The translations under genes were made by a program, and so were the position numbers. From an uncultured Phycisphaerales bacterium (GTDB lineage Bacteria > Planctomycetota > Phycisphaerae > Tepidisphaerales > Tepidisphaeraceae), in assembly GCA_963755915.1 (NCBI GenBank), contig CAVWLP010000002.1:352001-416000 (forward strand): DNA of 64,000 nucleotides. The letters run 5' to 3'. This document shows, piece after piece, positions 39,570 through 48,634 of the stretch (position 1 is its first letter; the number at the start of each line of letters is the position of its first letter). The notes below the pieces were generated by a model. It saw only the letters and a program-made list of their open reading frames with translations, did not search any database and had not been told where the DNA came from.

Positions 39570-40943
39570 ATGCCCATCGAATCCTGTCAAAACCTGATCA
39601 TCGGCAGCGGCGTCGCCGGAAAAGTGCTTTCCTGGTCGCTGGGAAAAATGGGGCAGAAAACCATCGTCGTCGAACGATCCATGATCGGCGGCGCCTGCCC
39701 GAACATCGCCTGCCTTCCCAGCAAAAATGTCGTCTATAGCGCCAAGGCCGTCTCTCTCGTCGATCCCGTCCGCGGGCTCGGCGTCGTGACCGGGTCCCCC
39801 AAGGTCGATATGCCTGCCGTCATCCGCCGCAAGCGGAAAATGGTCGAAACCCTCGTCAAAATCCATCTGGACAACTTCGCCGCCAGCGGGGTCGAAATTG
39901 TCATGGGCGAAGCGCGTTTCACCGAACCCAAAACCGTCGAAGTCAAACTAAACGCCGGCGGAACCCGCCGCCTCACCGGCGAGCGCGTCTTCATCGACGT
40001 GGGCACGCATGCCTCCATCCCCTCCACCCCCGGACTCGCGGCAGCCGCGCCCCTGACCCACGTCGAACTGCTCAACCTCGAACGCCTGCCCGAACATCTC
40101 GTCGTCATCGGCGGCGGTTACGTCGGCCTCGAATTCGCCCAGGCCATGCGCCGCTTCGGCAGCAAGGTCACCGTCATCCAAAACGGCCCCCAATTGCTCC
40201 CGACCGAAGACCCCGACATCGCCACCGCCATCCTCGATCTCTTCAAAGACGAAGGCATCGACGTCCTTCTCAACGCCGAGATTTCCAGCGTCACCGGCCG
40301 CTCCGGCACCGGCGTTCAGCTCGAGGTAAAGGTCGGTTCCTCGTCCAAATCCCTGAGCGCTTCCGACATCCTCGCCGCCACCGGCCGAATCCCCAACACC
40401 GCCCCGCTCGACGCCGGCAAGGGCAACATCCGCCTCGACCCGCAGGGCTACATCCAGGTCAACGAGCATCTCCAGACCACCGCCCCCGATGTGTGGGCGA
40501 TGGGGGAATGCGCCGGCAGCCCCAAGTTCACCCACGTCGGCGAGGACGACTGCTACGTTGTGCTCGACAATCTCGCCGGAGGATCGCGAACGACGAAGAA
40601 CCGCCTCATCCCTTACTGCCTTTTCACCGACCCCGAACTCGCCCACGTCGGCCGGCACGAAACCGAGGCCAAGGCAAAGAACATCCCCTACCGCCTGCTA
40701 AAGATGCCTATGACCCACGTCCTCCGTTTTTACACGCTTTCCGAAACTCGCGGCTTCTGCAAAGCCCTGATCGGCACCGATGGGCGCATCCTTGGCTTCA
40801 CCGCCTTCGGGGCAGAGGCGAGCGAAATGATGGCCGTCGTCCAGACCGCCATGATTGGCAACATGCCCGCGACCTCGCTTCGCGATGCGATCTTCACCCA
40901 TCCGACTGCGGCCGAGGGACTTAAGGGGCTGTTTGCCGAATAG
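39570..40943 (+). CDS. Pyridine nucleotide-disulfide oxidoreductase (mercuric reductase/RclA-like)
   Basis: GGACPNIACLPSK, GGGYVGLE, FTDPELA, FTHPT; no MerA C-terminal Cys pair. Confidence 0.9.
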   Translation: MPIESCQNLIIGSGVAGKVLSWSLGKMGQKTIVVERSMIGGACPNIACLPSKNVVYSAKAVSLVDPVRGLGVVTGSPKVDMPAVIRRKRKMVETLVKIHLDNFAASGVEIVMGEARFTEPKTVEVKLNAGGTRRLTGERVFIDVGTHASIPSTPGLAAAAPLTHVELLNLERLPEHLVVIGGGYVGLEFAQAMRRFGSKVTVIQNGPQLLPTEDPDIATAILDLFKDEGIDVLLNAEISSVTGRSGTGVQLEVKVGSSSKSLSASDILAATGRIPNTAPLDAGKGNIRLDPQGYIQVNEHLQTTAPDVWAMGECAGSPKFTHVGEDDCYVVLDNLAGGSRTTKNRLIPYCLFTDPELAHVGRHETEAKAKNIPYRLLKMPMTHVLRFYTLSETRGFCKALIGTDGRILGFTAFGAEASEMMAVVQTAMIGNMPATSLRDAIFTHPTAAEGLKGLFAE

Positions 40944-41072
40944 AAGAAGGGGGAATTTTACAAAATTTTACGTTTTGTTACGTTTTTGGCGACTTGACGG
41001 GTAGCGCGGGCCCTGGACTTCTCCTGGATGGCTGTCACGCACATTTCGCTGCCCTGGACCCTGTTTTAAAAA

Positions 41073-41132
41073 CATTCAACCAAATGGTTGACTCCTTTGC
41101 GAGCAGGCGATATCATTCAACCATATGATTAA
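41073..41132. promoter_or_regulatory. Double operator for the ArsR regulator
   Basis: TCAACCA-AA-TGGTTGA (41076-41091) and TCAACCA-TA-TGATTAA (41117-41132, over the start codon). Confidence 0.75.
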
Positions 41133-41610
41133 GTCCGTACAAGTTGTTGAATCGCCGCAACTCGATCGGATCTTTCATGCCCTTTCGGATACCACCCGCC
41201 GTTCGATCCTGCGGGAAATTGCCGGGAGGGAATTGGCGGTGAGCGAAATTGCCCAGCCCTACCGAATGTCCCTGGCGGCGGTTTCCAAGCACCTGAAGGT
41301 TCTCCAGCGCGCCAATCTCATCGCCCGGGAAAAGCGGGGCAGCTTTCAGTTCGTCCGAACCAATCCCGTGCCGATGAAACAGGCCCACCACTGGCTGAGC
41401 TATTACGAGCGATTCTGGAACGAACGCCTCGATCAGTTCGAGCATTATTTTAAGGTCAGGAAAAACAAGGAGAAAAAGCGATGGCAAACCCAACGAAGAC
41501 CCTGGAATTCAAGTTTGAACGCACCATCCCTGCCGCGCCGGAAGAAGTGTTCGACGCGTGGCTGGATCCGCAAACGCCGGGAACCCCCTGGCACGAGAAC
41601 GAAAAACTGA
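41125..41610 (+). CDS. ArsR/SmtB family transcriptional regulator
   Basis: FHALSDTTRRSIL, MSLAAVSKHLKVL, YERFWNERLD; the tail overlaps the next gene. Confidence 0.9.
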   Translation: MIKSVQVVESPQLDRIFHALSDTTRRSILREIAGRELAVSEIAQPYRMSLAAVSKHLKVLQRANLIAREKRGSFQFVRTNPVPMKQAHHWLSYYERFWNERLDQFEHYFKVRKNKEKKRWQTQRRPWNSSLNAPSLPRRKKCSTRGWIRKRREPPGTRTKN

Positions 41611-41894
41611 TCCTCAATCCAGAGGTAGACGGGCTCTGGTACTGGCTGGTCAGGGGGAAGCCACACTATGGACGATTCACAGAAGTCCAGCGCCCGGGTC
41701 GAATCCGCCTTACCTGGATGTCCCGGCACACCCTCGGCGAGGAGTCGATTGTCACTCTGACATTTAAGAAACAAGGTGACGAAACTCTGATGACCCTCGT
41801 ACATTCCGGCCTTCCTGATGATGAGCTGGGCCGGGGGCACGAGGCGGGCTGGAATTACTTCCTGGATAAATTGCTGACCCATTTTAAGGGATGA
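41481..41894 (+). CDS. SRPBCC/AHSA1 domain protein
   Basis: APEEVFDAWLDP, ESIVTLTF, TLVHSG, HEAGW. Confidence 0.9.
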   Translation: MANPTKTLEFKFERTIPAAPEEVFDAWLDPQTPGTPWHENEKLILNPEVDGLWYWLVRGKPHYGRFTEVQRPGRIRLTWMSRHTLGEESIVTLTFKKQGDETLMTLVHSGLPDDELGRGHEAGWNYFLDKLLTHFKG

Positions 41895-41922
41895 GCGCGG
41901 CTGACCATCTGAAACAGCGACT

Positions 41923-42037
41923 GGGACATAAAGGGGTCACTTCCTATTCTGTCCCCTTCCGTCCATTTATGTAGGTTGGTACGGCCCCCTCGATAAGCCC
42001 AGTCGGTCAGAAATGGATGTGACCCCTTCATGTCCCC
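41923..42037. repeat. Spaced inverted repeat (GGGACATAAAGGGGTCAC...GTGACCCCTTCATGTCCC)
   Basis: Arms of ~22 bp about 70 bp apart, with a partial extra arm downstream. Confidence 0.65.
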
Positions 42038-42130
42038 CCTTTATGTCCCCCGTCGAGCCGGTTAATTACTTCGGCTTCCCGATGAGGAGAATTATAGGGA
42101 TTTTTGGTGCGCGCTGGGTAGAATGGAGGC

Positions 42131-42334
42131 ATGATCCAGCAAAAACCGCAGCCATTCACCGCAATTAACGCCGTGGCCTTTCTGCTAATTGTCATCGGTT
42201 CTGGAATCAGCTGGTGGGGTTGGTGGAAACATTACACTTCGGGATTTGGCTTCGTGGGAGCGGCCATCATGTTTGCCGGGTGTATCTTGAGCACATGGGT
42301 CATCATGCGCCGGCGCTGGGTGCGAGCGTCGTAA
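42131..42334 (+). CDS. Small two-TM hypothetical protein
   Basis: GGAGG RBS; two hydrophobic segments. Confidence 0.55.
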   Translation: MIQQKPQPFTAINAVAFLLIVIGSGISWWGWWKHYTSGFGFVGAAIMFAGCILSTWVIMRRRWVRAS

Positions 42335-42406
42335 AACAGATTCAAGCTAAGGTATCTACTCGGAAACCGGCTGCCATTCTGGCGTTTATCATCAGAATGG
42401 GGGTAT

Positions 42407-43174
42407 TTATTCAGGCGGGGGGTTTATCATCAAAGCCTGGGGACTGTTACCTTTTGTACTCAATGCCACCGCACCAACCTTCAATTCCGAAACAAAAGAA
42501 ACAATCGCCTCCGCCGAGGCCTTAGGCTGCGTCTGAAGAACCAGATGCCCCGCAGGCAGATAAGCCACACGCACCGAGGGAAGCGCCCTCTGTACGTCCC
42601 GCAGGTTCCGCTTCACGACAATGAAATCCCGCTGGCCGCGCAGATAAAGAACGGGTATGGGGCACGACTTCAGTTGGCTGGTGACATCCACGCCGATTGC
42701 AGATCGCACCCGATGCGCAATCACTCCCGGCCGGATATCCGCCATCGCCTGCCGGCGAATCGCGGTAAGCTCCGGTTCGGCGTATCCACAAAGCCACGCC
42801 TTCACATTCGCAAAGGGCCGGTACGGCCAAAAGAGAGCCGACAAACACAAATGCCTCAGCCACCCCAGCCTGATCCAAGCCGGATTGCGGATGTACGTTG
42901 CGCAAAGAATCAGCCCCACGAGCCCAGGCGGGCGCGTCGCCGCCGCCATGATCGACAGAGGCCCGGAAAACGATTCACCTACCAGCACAAACGGGACATC
43001 CTTCGGCAAAGCCGACAAAACGCGAGGCAGAAGCTGGGCATACCCCAGCGCCTGATCCGGCGGATACGTCAAAACAATCGGCCGAATCTCCGCGGGAAGA
43101 TGCGGGAGCAGCGGGCGGAACTGTATCCCCGTGCCATCCAGACCCGGCATGAGCACCAGCGCGGTCTCGGTCAC
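42407..43174 (-). CDS. Alpha/beta hydrolase
   Basis: MPGLDGTG, GESFSG, GHLVLQ. Confidence 0.85.
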   Translation of the reverse strand: MTETALVLMPGLDGTGIQFRPLLPHLPAEIRPIVLTYPPDQALGYAQLLPRVLSALPKDVPFVLVGESFSGPLSIMAAATRPPGLVGLILCATYIRNPAWIRLGWLRHLCLSALFWPYRPFANVKAWLCGYAEPELTAIRRQAMADIRPGVIAHRVRSAIGVDVTSQLKSCPIPVLYLRGQRDFIVVKRNLRDVQRALPSVRVAYLPAGHLVLQTQPKASAEAIVSFVSELKVGAVALSTKGNSPQALMINPPPE

Positions 43175-43178
43175 AGAT

Positions 43179-45104
43179 TTACCCCTCCCTCGCGTAGTAC
43201 TCTTCCTCTAGTTGTTTAAGCTTCTTCCCCAGCGCGCTGAACTCATCGCTCAACTGCTTGCTCCGCCGCGGATCGCGCGCCGTTGCCGAATCAGCGAATT
43301 CCTTCTGGCATTCTCCCAGCGCCACTTCCGTATCGCTGATCTGCCCCTCCAGCTCCTGCAGCGAAAGCCGCCCGAACGGCCGGTTCCACGGATTGTCCGC
43401 CCGCTTCTTTCCCGCCGCCGGCGCCTGTGACGCTCGCGCGCGTGGCGGCTGGGCCTGCGGCCCCTTGGGCTGTTTCTTCGCCGCCGCCTGTCGTTTCGCC
43501 TCTTCGGCCTCCGCGCGGCCCAGGCGGTGTAATTGCCGGTGAACTGCACGATGTCCGGCGGACGCAGGATCAGCAGGCGCGAAACGACCTTGTTCAAAAA
43601 ATACCGGTCATGGCTCACGCACAAAATCGTCCCGGCAAAATCCATCAGCGCCCGCTCCAGCGCTTCGCACGACCGAATGTCCAAGTGATTCGTCGGCTCA
43701 TCCAGCACCAGCACATTCGGGCGATCGATCAGGAGCTGCGCCAGCGCCACCCGCGCCCGCTCGCCGCCGCTGAGCAGGCGCATTGGTTTGTCTACGTCCT
43801 CGCCGCGAAAGAGCATCAGCGCCAGCACCGCCCGCAAATCCACGGGCGAAACATCGCGCTCATCGCGCACCACTTCGGCGACCGTATTGTCCGGATCAAA
43901 ATCCGTCAGTCGCTGATCGTAATACCCGATATTGAGGTTCGCCCCCCAACGGATCTCCCCGCCGTCGGCGTCCCGCCGCGCCAGCAGCACTTCCAAAAGC
44001 GTCGTCTTGCCCGACCCATTGGGGCCGATGATCCCCAAGCGCTCGCCCCGGCGGATTTCCAGGTCGATGCCGGTCCACAGCGCCTTGTTCTCGTACGATT
44101 TGCTCAACTCTTTCACGCTGAGCACGCGGTCGCCCGCGCTGATCGGTCGAGAGCCCCACGCGAATTTTGCGACTGTCCTGCACGCTGCTGATCATCGCGT
44201 CGCTGCGCAGAAGCCGCTCCAGCCTTTTCTTTCGTCCCTGCGCCTTGCGCGCCCGCTGCCCGGCGCTGAACCGGCGAATAAACTCCGACTGCTTCTCAAT
44301 ATCCGCCTGCTGCTGCTCAAAGGCCCGCTGCTGCGAGAGTTCCTGCAACTGCCGCTGCTGGACGAACGCGGAATAATTGCCGGGATACGATTTAATTTGC
44401 GATCCGGTGAGCCAGGCGATGCGATTGGCGAGCCGGTCGAGCAGAAACCGGTCGTGGCTTACGATCAAAACCGCCCCAGCAAAATCCGCCAGATATTCTT
44501 CCAGCCAGGCGATGGCCGTGAGGTCGAGATGGTTTGTCGGCTCATCGAGCAGCAGCAGATCGTTCTGCGCCGTCAGAAGTTTCGCGAGGGCGAGGCGCGA
44601 GCGCTGCCCGCCGGAGAGCGTGCCGACGTTTTGCTCCCAGGTGATTTGCTCGAGCCCTACGCCCAGAAGCGCGGCTTCGAGCTTGTGCCGCCAGGCGTAG
44701 CCGCCGGCGAGTTCAAATTCGTGCTGAACATTCTGGTATTTCTCCAGAACCCGCTCCAGCTCCTCGCCGGTCAGATGGGCCATCTGATGCTCGAGTTCGC
44801 GCTGTTCGTGCGAGAGGCCGTGCAACTTCTCAAACGCCAGCTCCGCCTCGTCGATGACGGTATTGCCGGCGTCAAAAACAGGATCCTGCTCCAGGTGGCC
44901 GATGCGGACATTCTTGGCGATGGCGACGCTGCCGCTGTCGATGACAAGCTGACCGAGGATGGCTTTGAAGAGCGTGCTCTTCCCGCTGCCATTGTCGCCG
45001 ATGAGGCCGACGCGCTCGCCGCGGTCGATGGCGAAGTCGAGCCGATCGAAAAGGACGCGCTTCCCGAAGGTTTTCTCGACGTTGGTGAGGGTGACGATTG
45101 CCAT
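43179..45104 (-). CDS. ABC-F family ATP-binding protein (Uup/YheS-like); frameshifts ~44135 and ~43510
   Basis: Two ABC domains (GDNGSGKS and GPNGSGKT; LSGG; DEPTNHLD; SHDR) and a coiled-coil tail ending EEEYYAREG*. Confidence 0.9.
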
Positions 45105-45116
45105 AAATCAAATGCG

Positions 45117-45233
45117 ATATTGCCACGGCTCGACTGAGCTCGCCGAAGTCAGATATAGATCAGATAAACACAGATAAAACAATCCCGGCTTCGATTTATC
45201 TGTGTTAATCTGATTTTTATCGGTGGCAAATAT
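45117..45233. repeat. CCACAGAT-type inverted repeat with a 24-nt insertion in the left arm
   Basis: The left arm matches the right arm only after removing GGCTCGACTGAGCTCGCCGAAGTC (45127-45150). Confidence 0.8.
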
Positions 45234-45236
45234 TCT

Positions 45237-45930
45237 TCACATCGCCCGCGCGCGGTTTTCGATGTCCTTCAGCAGCGCATCGGCCTGCGGCAGTCCCGCG
45301 GTGCGTGCCGATCGCGCCGCGGCCGCGGCGCCGGTGAGATCGGGGGGTTTGAGGTTCAGCAGCGCGACCGCCTTGCAATAGGCGGCCTCGCCGAGCATCG
45401 GATTGCGGACGATCGCGACGTCAAACCATTTGATCGCGGCCTCGTGCTGTCCCTGCTCCATCAGAATTCGTCCCAGCGTCGTCATGCACTGCTCGCTGGA
45501 ATTGAGGGCATCGGGAAACTCATTGGCTGCCGAGACGGCCTGCCCCAGCTCGCCGATCTGAAGATACAGCAACAAAAGATTATTGAGCGTGACCGAATTG
45601 CCCGGGCTGGCGCATGCTGTTAAACATCTGAATGGCCCGCTGCATCAGCTGCTGCTGATTGGCCGCCGTCTTCTTCTCCAGCGCCTCGGCCGAGCCCTTG
45701 AACTGCGCCCGGCAATTCTGGCATTCACAGATCGGCTGCTTCGCCCCCATCGGGAAGATCGGCAGAAAAAAGAGCGTAAACCAGGTCCGCCGGGATTTGT
45801 TCTGGAAGCTCCCTTCCCGGCCGCAGCGCGGGCAGACCGCCGTCGCGGCGGCGCCGTCATTGGAGATCAGGTTGCGCGAGCCGAAGAAAACGAAAAACCC
45901 GCGGCCGCGAGCGCGCTTGGAATCAGGCAT
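45237..45930 (-). CDS. Zinc-ribbon plus TPR protein; frameshift ~45605
   Basis: CPRC..WFTLFFLPIFP..CQNC; TPR-like helices in ORF 45237..45575. Confidence 0.72.
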
Positions 45931-45998
45931 CGCTCAAGATTATGCCGACATCCCGCCGGGTGTTGCAAATCGCGCCGTTTGCAGTATTTGATCTGCTG

Positions 45999-46541
45999 GT
46001 GATCCGATGGATAGCCATTCTCCTGATCTCGCTGTGCGCCGGCTGCGAGACGATTGAATTCGACGCCACGCCGCAAGGGGTCGGCCAGCCGATCCGCGTC
46101 ACCAACGATCAGGACACACAAATCACGCTTCAGCCGCTGACCTATCGCATGCGGGCTGATGAGGGCCACCTGGTTCTCTGGATCCAAAATCCGACGAGCA
46201 CCCCCGTGGAACTCGTCGGCGACAAAAGCACGGTGATCGATCCCAACGGCGATCCCCATCCGCTCGATGGGCAGACGATTTTTCCAGACAGCTCCGCCAA
46301 ATTCGTCCTCCCGCCGATCAACGAGGGCCCCTCGCAGCCGCCGGTAACCGGCACGGCCGTGCCGGGAAATCAATACGATCAGCCGGGATTCATCGGCTTG
46401 CCGGACGAAAACCAAACCCAGCAGGCGCGCGACGCCTCCTGGCAGTGGGATGACGAGCTGGAAATTGAGCTGAATTTGGTTTTCCGGAGCGGCGATCAGC
46501 AGTTCGAGCAGCATTTTTCCATTCGGCGCGTCCGCAAATAA
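45999..46541 (+). CDS. Hypothetical lipoprotein
   Basis: Lipobox LCAGC after a hydrophobic stretch; GTG start inferred. Confidence 0.7.
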   Translation: MIRWIAILLISLCAGCETIEFDATPQGVGQPIRVTNDQDTQITLQPLTYRMRADEGHLVLWIQNPTSTPVELVGDKSTVIDPNGDPHPLDGQTIFPDSSAKFVLPPINEGPSQPPVTGTAVPGNQYDQPGFIGLPDENQTQQARDASWQWDDELEIELNLVFRSGDQQFEQHFSIRRVRK

Positions 46542-46559
46542 CCCTGAGGGACCTTCTCA

Positions 46560-47399
46560 ATGGTGTGGTGGTCGATCGTTGTATTGGCCGTGGTGCTGAT
46601 AGGCGTGACCAAAAGCGGGTTCGGCTCGGGCGTTGGGCTGATGATCGTCCCGATGACGGCAATCGCCATGGGGCACATCCCCTCGCGCGGGTCGGAAGCC
46701 GCGCTGGGCCTGCTCCTGCCACTTCTCATCGCCGGCGATTTCATCGCGGTCTGGCAGTATTACCATCTATTTTTCGGCGCAGGCGCCGAACCAGACAGCA
46801 AACGTCACGCGGCGCGGGCCTATGTAGGCCGCCTTCTGCCGGGAACCGCCGTCGGCGTCGTGCTGGGCGCATTTCTGTTGGCGTATATCCACAAACGCGC
46901 CGACCTCGTCGGCTCGCTCATCCGCATCGAAATCGGTTGCGAATCTATCCTGCTGGTTTTGATCCACTGGTGGCGGATCTATCGCGGCGTGCAGCAGCAT
47001 CTGCTGCCCGAACCCTGGCGATCCTCACTCACCGGCGGGTTCGCCGCGGTCAGTTCCACGCTGGCCCACGCCGCCGGGCCGATTATCGCGATGTATCTGC
47101 TTCCGCTCGGCCTCGATCGCCAGCTCTTTGTCGGCACGACTGCCGTCTATTTTTTCCTGCTCAATTCCGCGAAACTCCCCGCCTACTACGCCAGCGGCCA
47201 ATTCGCCCACGCCCGGCTTTCGTTCACGATTCGATTTCTGCCGCTGGTGGTGATCGGTGCGATCTTCGGCCGCTGGCTCAACCGCCGGATCAACGACCGG
47301 GTTTTCACGAACATTGTCTACATCGTCACCTTCGCCCTGGGATGGTACATTCTGGCTGATGGAATCCTCAGGCTCTTCTTCAACAAAAGTATTGCCTGA
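46560..47399 (+). CDS. TauE/SafE family (sulfite exporter-like) membrane protein
   Basis: KSGFGSG, LLPLLIAGD, STLAHAAGP, NSAKLPAY. Confidence 0.88.
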   Translation: MVWWSIVVLAVVLIGVTKSGFGSGVGLMIVPMTAIAMGHIPSRGSEAALGLLLPLLIAGDFIAVWQYYHLFFGAGAEPDSKRHAARAYVGRLLPGTAVGVVLGAFLLAYIHKRADLVGSLIRIEIGCESILLVLIHWWRIYRGVQQHLLPEPWRSSLTGGFAAVSSTLAHAAGPIIAMYLLPLGLDRQLFVGTTAVYFFLLNSAKLPAYYASGQFAHARLSFTIRFLPLVVIGAIFGRWLNRRINDRVFTNIVYIVTFALGWYILADGILRLFFNKSIA

Positions 47400-47400
47400 C

Positions 47401-47895
47401 GTGAAGGTGATCGGGATTCTCAGCGACACGCACGACCGCGCCGACGCCGCCGCCGCGGGAATCAACACCCTCCGCGCCGCCGGGGCCGAATTCCTGATCC
47501 ACTGCGGAGACGTCGGAGGCGAGCGCATTCTCGACCTCCTGGCCGGCATTCCCTGCACGTTCGTCTGGGGCAACTGCGATTTCGATCGCGCATCGCTGGC
47601 AGACTACGCCCAGAACCTGGGCATCGATTGCGCGGGTGAAGCCGCCCGGCTGAAGATGTCCGGCAAACGAATCGCCGTCACCCACGGCGACAATCCCAAG
47701 CTCCTGCGCCAGATCGCCGAGGCCGATCCCGGATATGACTACCTCTTCGTCGGCCACACGCACGTTGCCGGCGAGCATCGCATCGGAAACCTCCGCATCA
47801 TCAACCCCGGCGCCCTGCATCGCGCCGCCAAAAAGACCGTAGCCGTGCTCGACCTGAAATCCGGCGCGCTGCGTCACATTCAGATTCCCGTGTAG
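47401..47895 (+). CDS. YfcE-like metallophosphoesterase
   Basis: SDTHD, HCGD, WGNCD, THG, GHTH, INPG. Confidence 0.9.
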   Translation: MKVIGILSDTHDRADAAAAGINTLRAAGAEFLIHCGDVGGERILDLLAGIPCTFVWGNCDFDRASLADYAQNLGIDCAGEAARLKMSGKRIAVTHGDNPKLLRQIAEADPGYDYLFVGHTHVAGEHRIGNLRIINPGALHRAAKKTVAVLDLKSGALRHIQIPV

Positions 47896-47920
47896 GGCGG
47901 GATTGGTACAATTGGGCAAA

Positions 47921-48454
47921 ATGGACGCACCACCCCGGACATGGAAAATCCGGCAATTCCGCCCCGCCGATCTCCCCCGTTGCCGAAAGCTTTACGTCGA
48001 GGGCCTGCTGGGGGGCAAACTCGCCGAAAACGATACCGGGCTGGATATCGACGACATCGAATCGGCCTACATGCACAGCGATGGAAACAACTTCTGGGTC
48101 GCCGAAGACGCCCAGGGATTGGTCGTGGGAATGATCGGCGTCCAGCATCACGATCAAAGCGTGGGGCAGATACGTAGATTACGGGTGGCGACCGACCATC
48201 GCCGCCGCGGTATCGGTAAGGCGCTGCTTGAGACCGCCGTTAAGTTCTGCCGGGAAAACCAGTATCTTAAGGTTGCTCTGGACACCTTCATCGAACGATC
48301 GGCGGCCATAGAAATGTTCCGAAAGCTGGGATTCAATCAGGGCGACACCCGCATGGCCGGCGGTAAGGAGCTGACGGATTTCTATCTCGACCTTTATTCA
48401 GGTCCACCCTCACCCCGCCGGCAGGACCAGGGGTTCACCGGCACGGCCAGTTAG
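47921..48454 (+). CDS. GNAT family N-acetyltransferase
   Basis: RRLRV..HRRRGIGKALL, MFRKLGF. Confidence 0.88.
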   Translation: MDAPPRTWKIRQFRPADLPRCRKLYVEGLLGGKLAENDTGLDIDDIESAYMHSDGNNFWVAEDAQGLVVGMIGVQHHDQSVGQIRRLRVATDHRRRGIGKALLETAVKFCRENQYLKVALDTFIERSAAIEMFRKLGFNQGDTRMAGGKELTDFYLDLYSGPPSPRRQDQGFTGTAS

Positions 48455-48634
48455 AAATGGTGGAAATAAAACGGCCAGTTAAACTGGGCAACCAGACTCA
48501 ATTGTTGCCTGTCGAATCGGTTGTTTGCGCCGGACCAAAGGCAATGTATCATAGCACTCCAACATCCAAGAGGGGTTGGAGCCGTAGTACATAGATGTGA
48601 TCCCGAGACCAGCGCGATTGCAGGAGAAAACGAT

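Noticed and set aside
39570..40943. Mercury resistance gene merA
   Set aside because: Lacks the C-terminal Cys pair and any mer operon context
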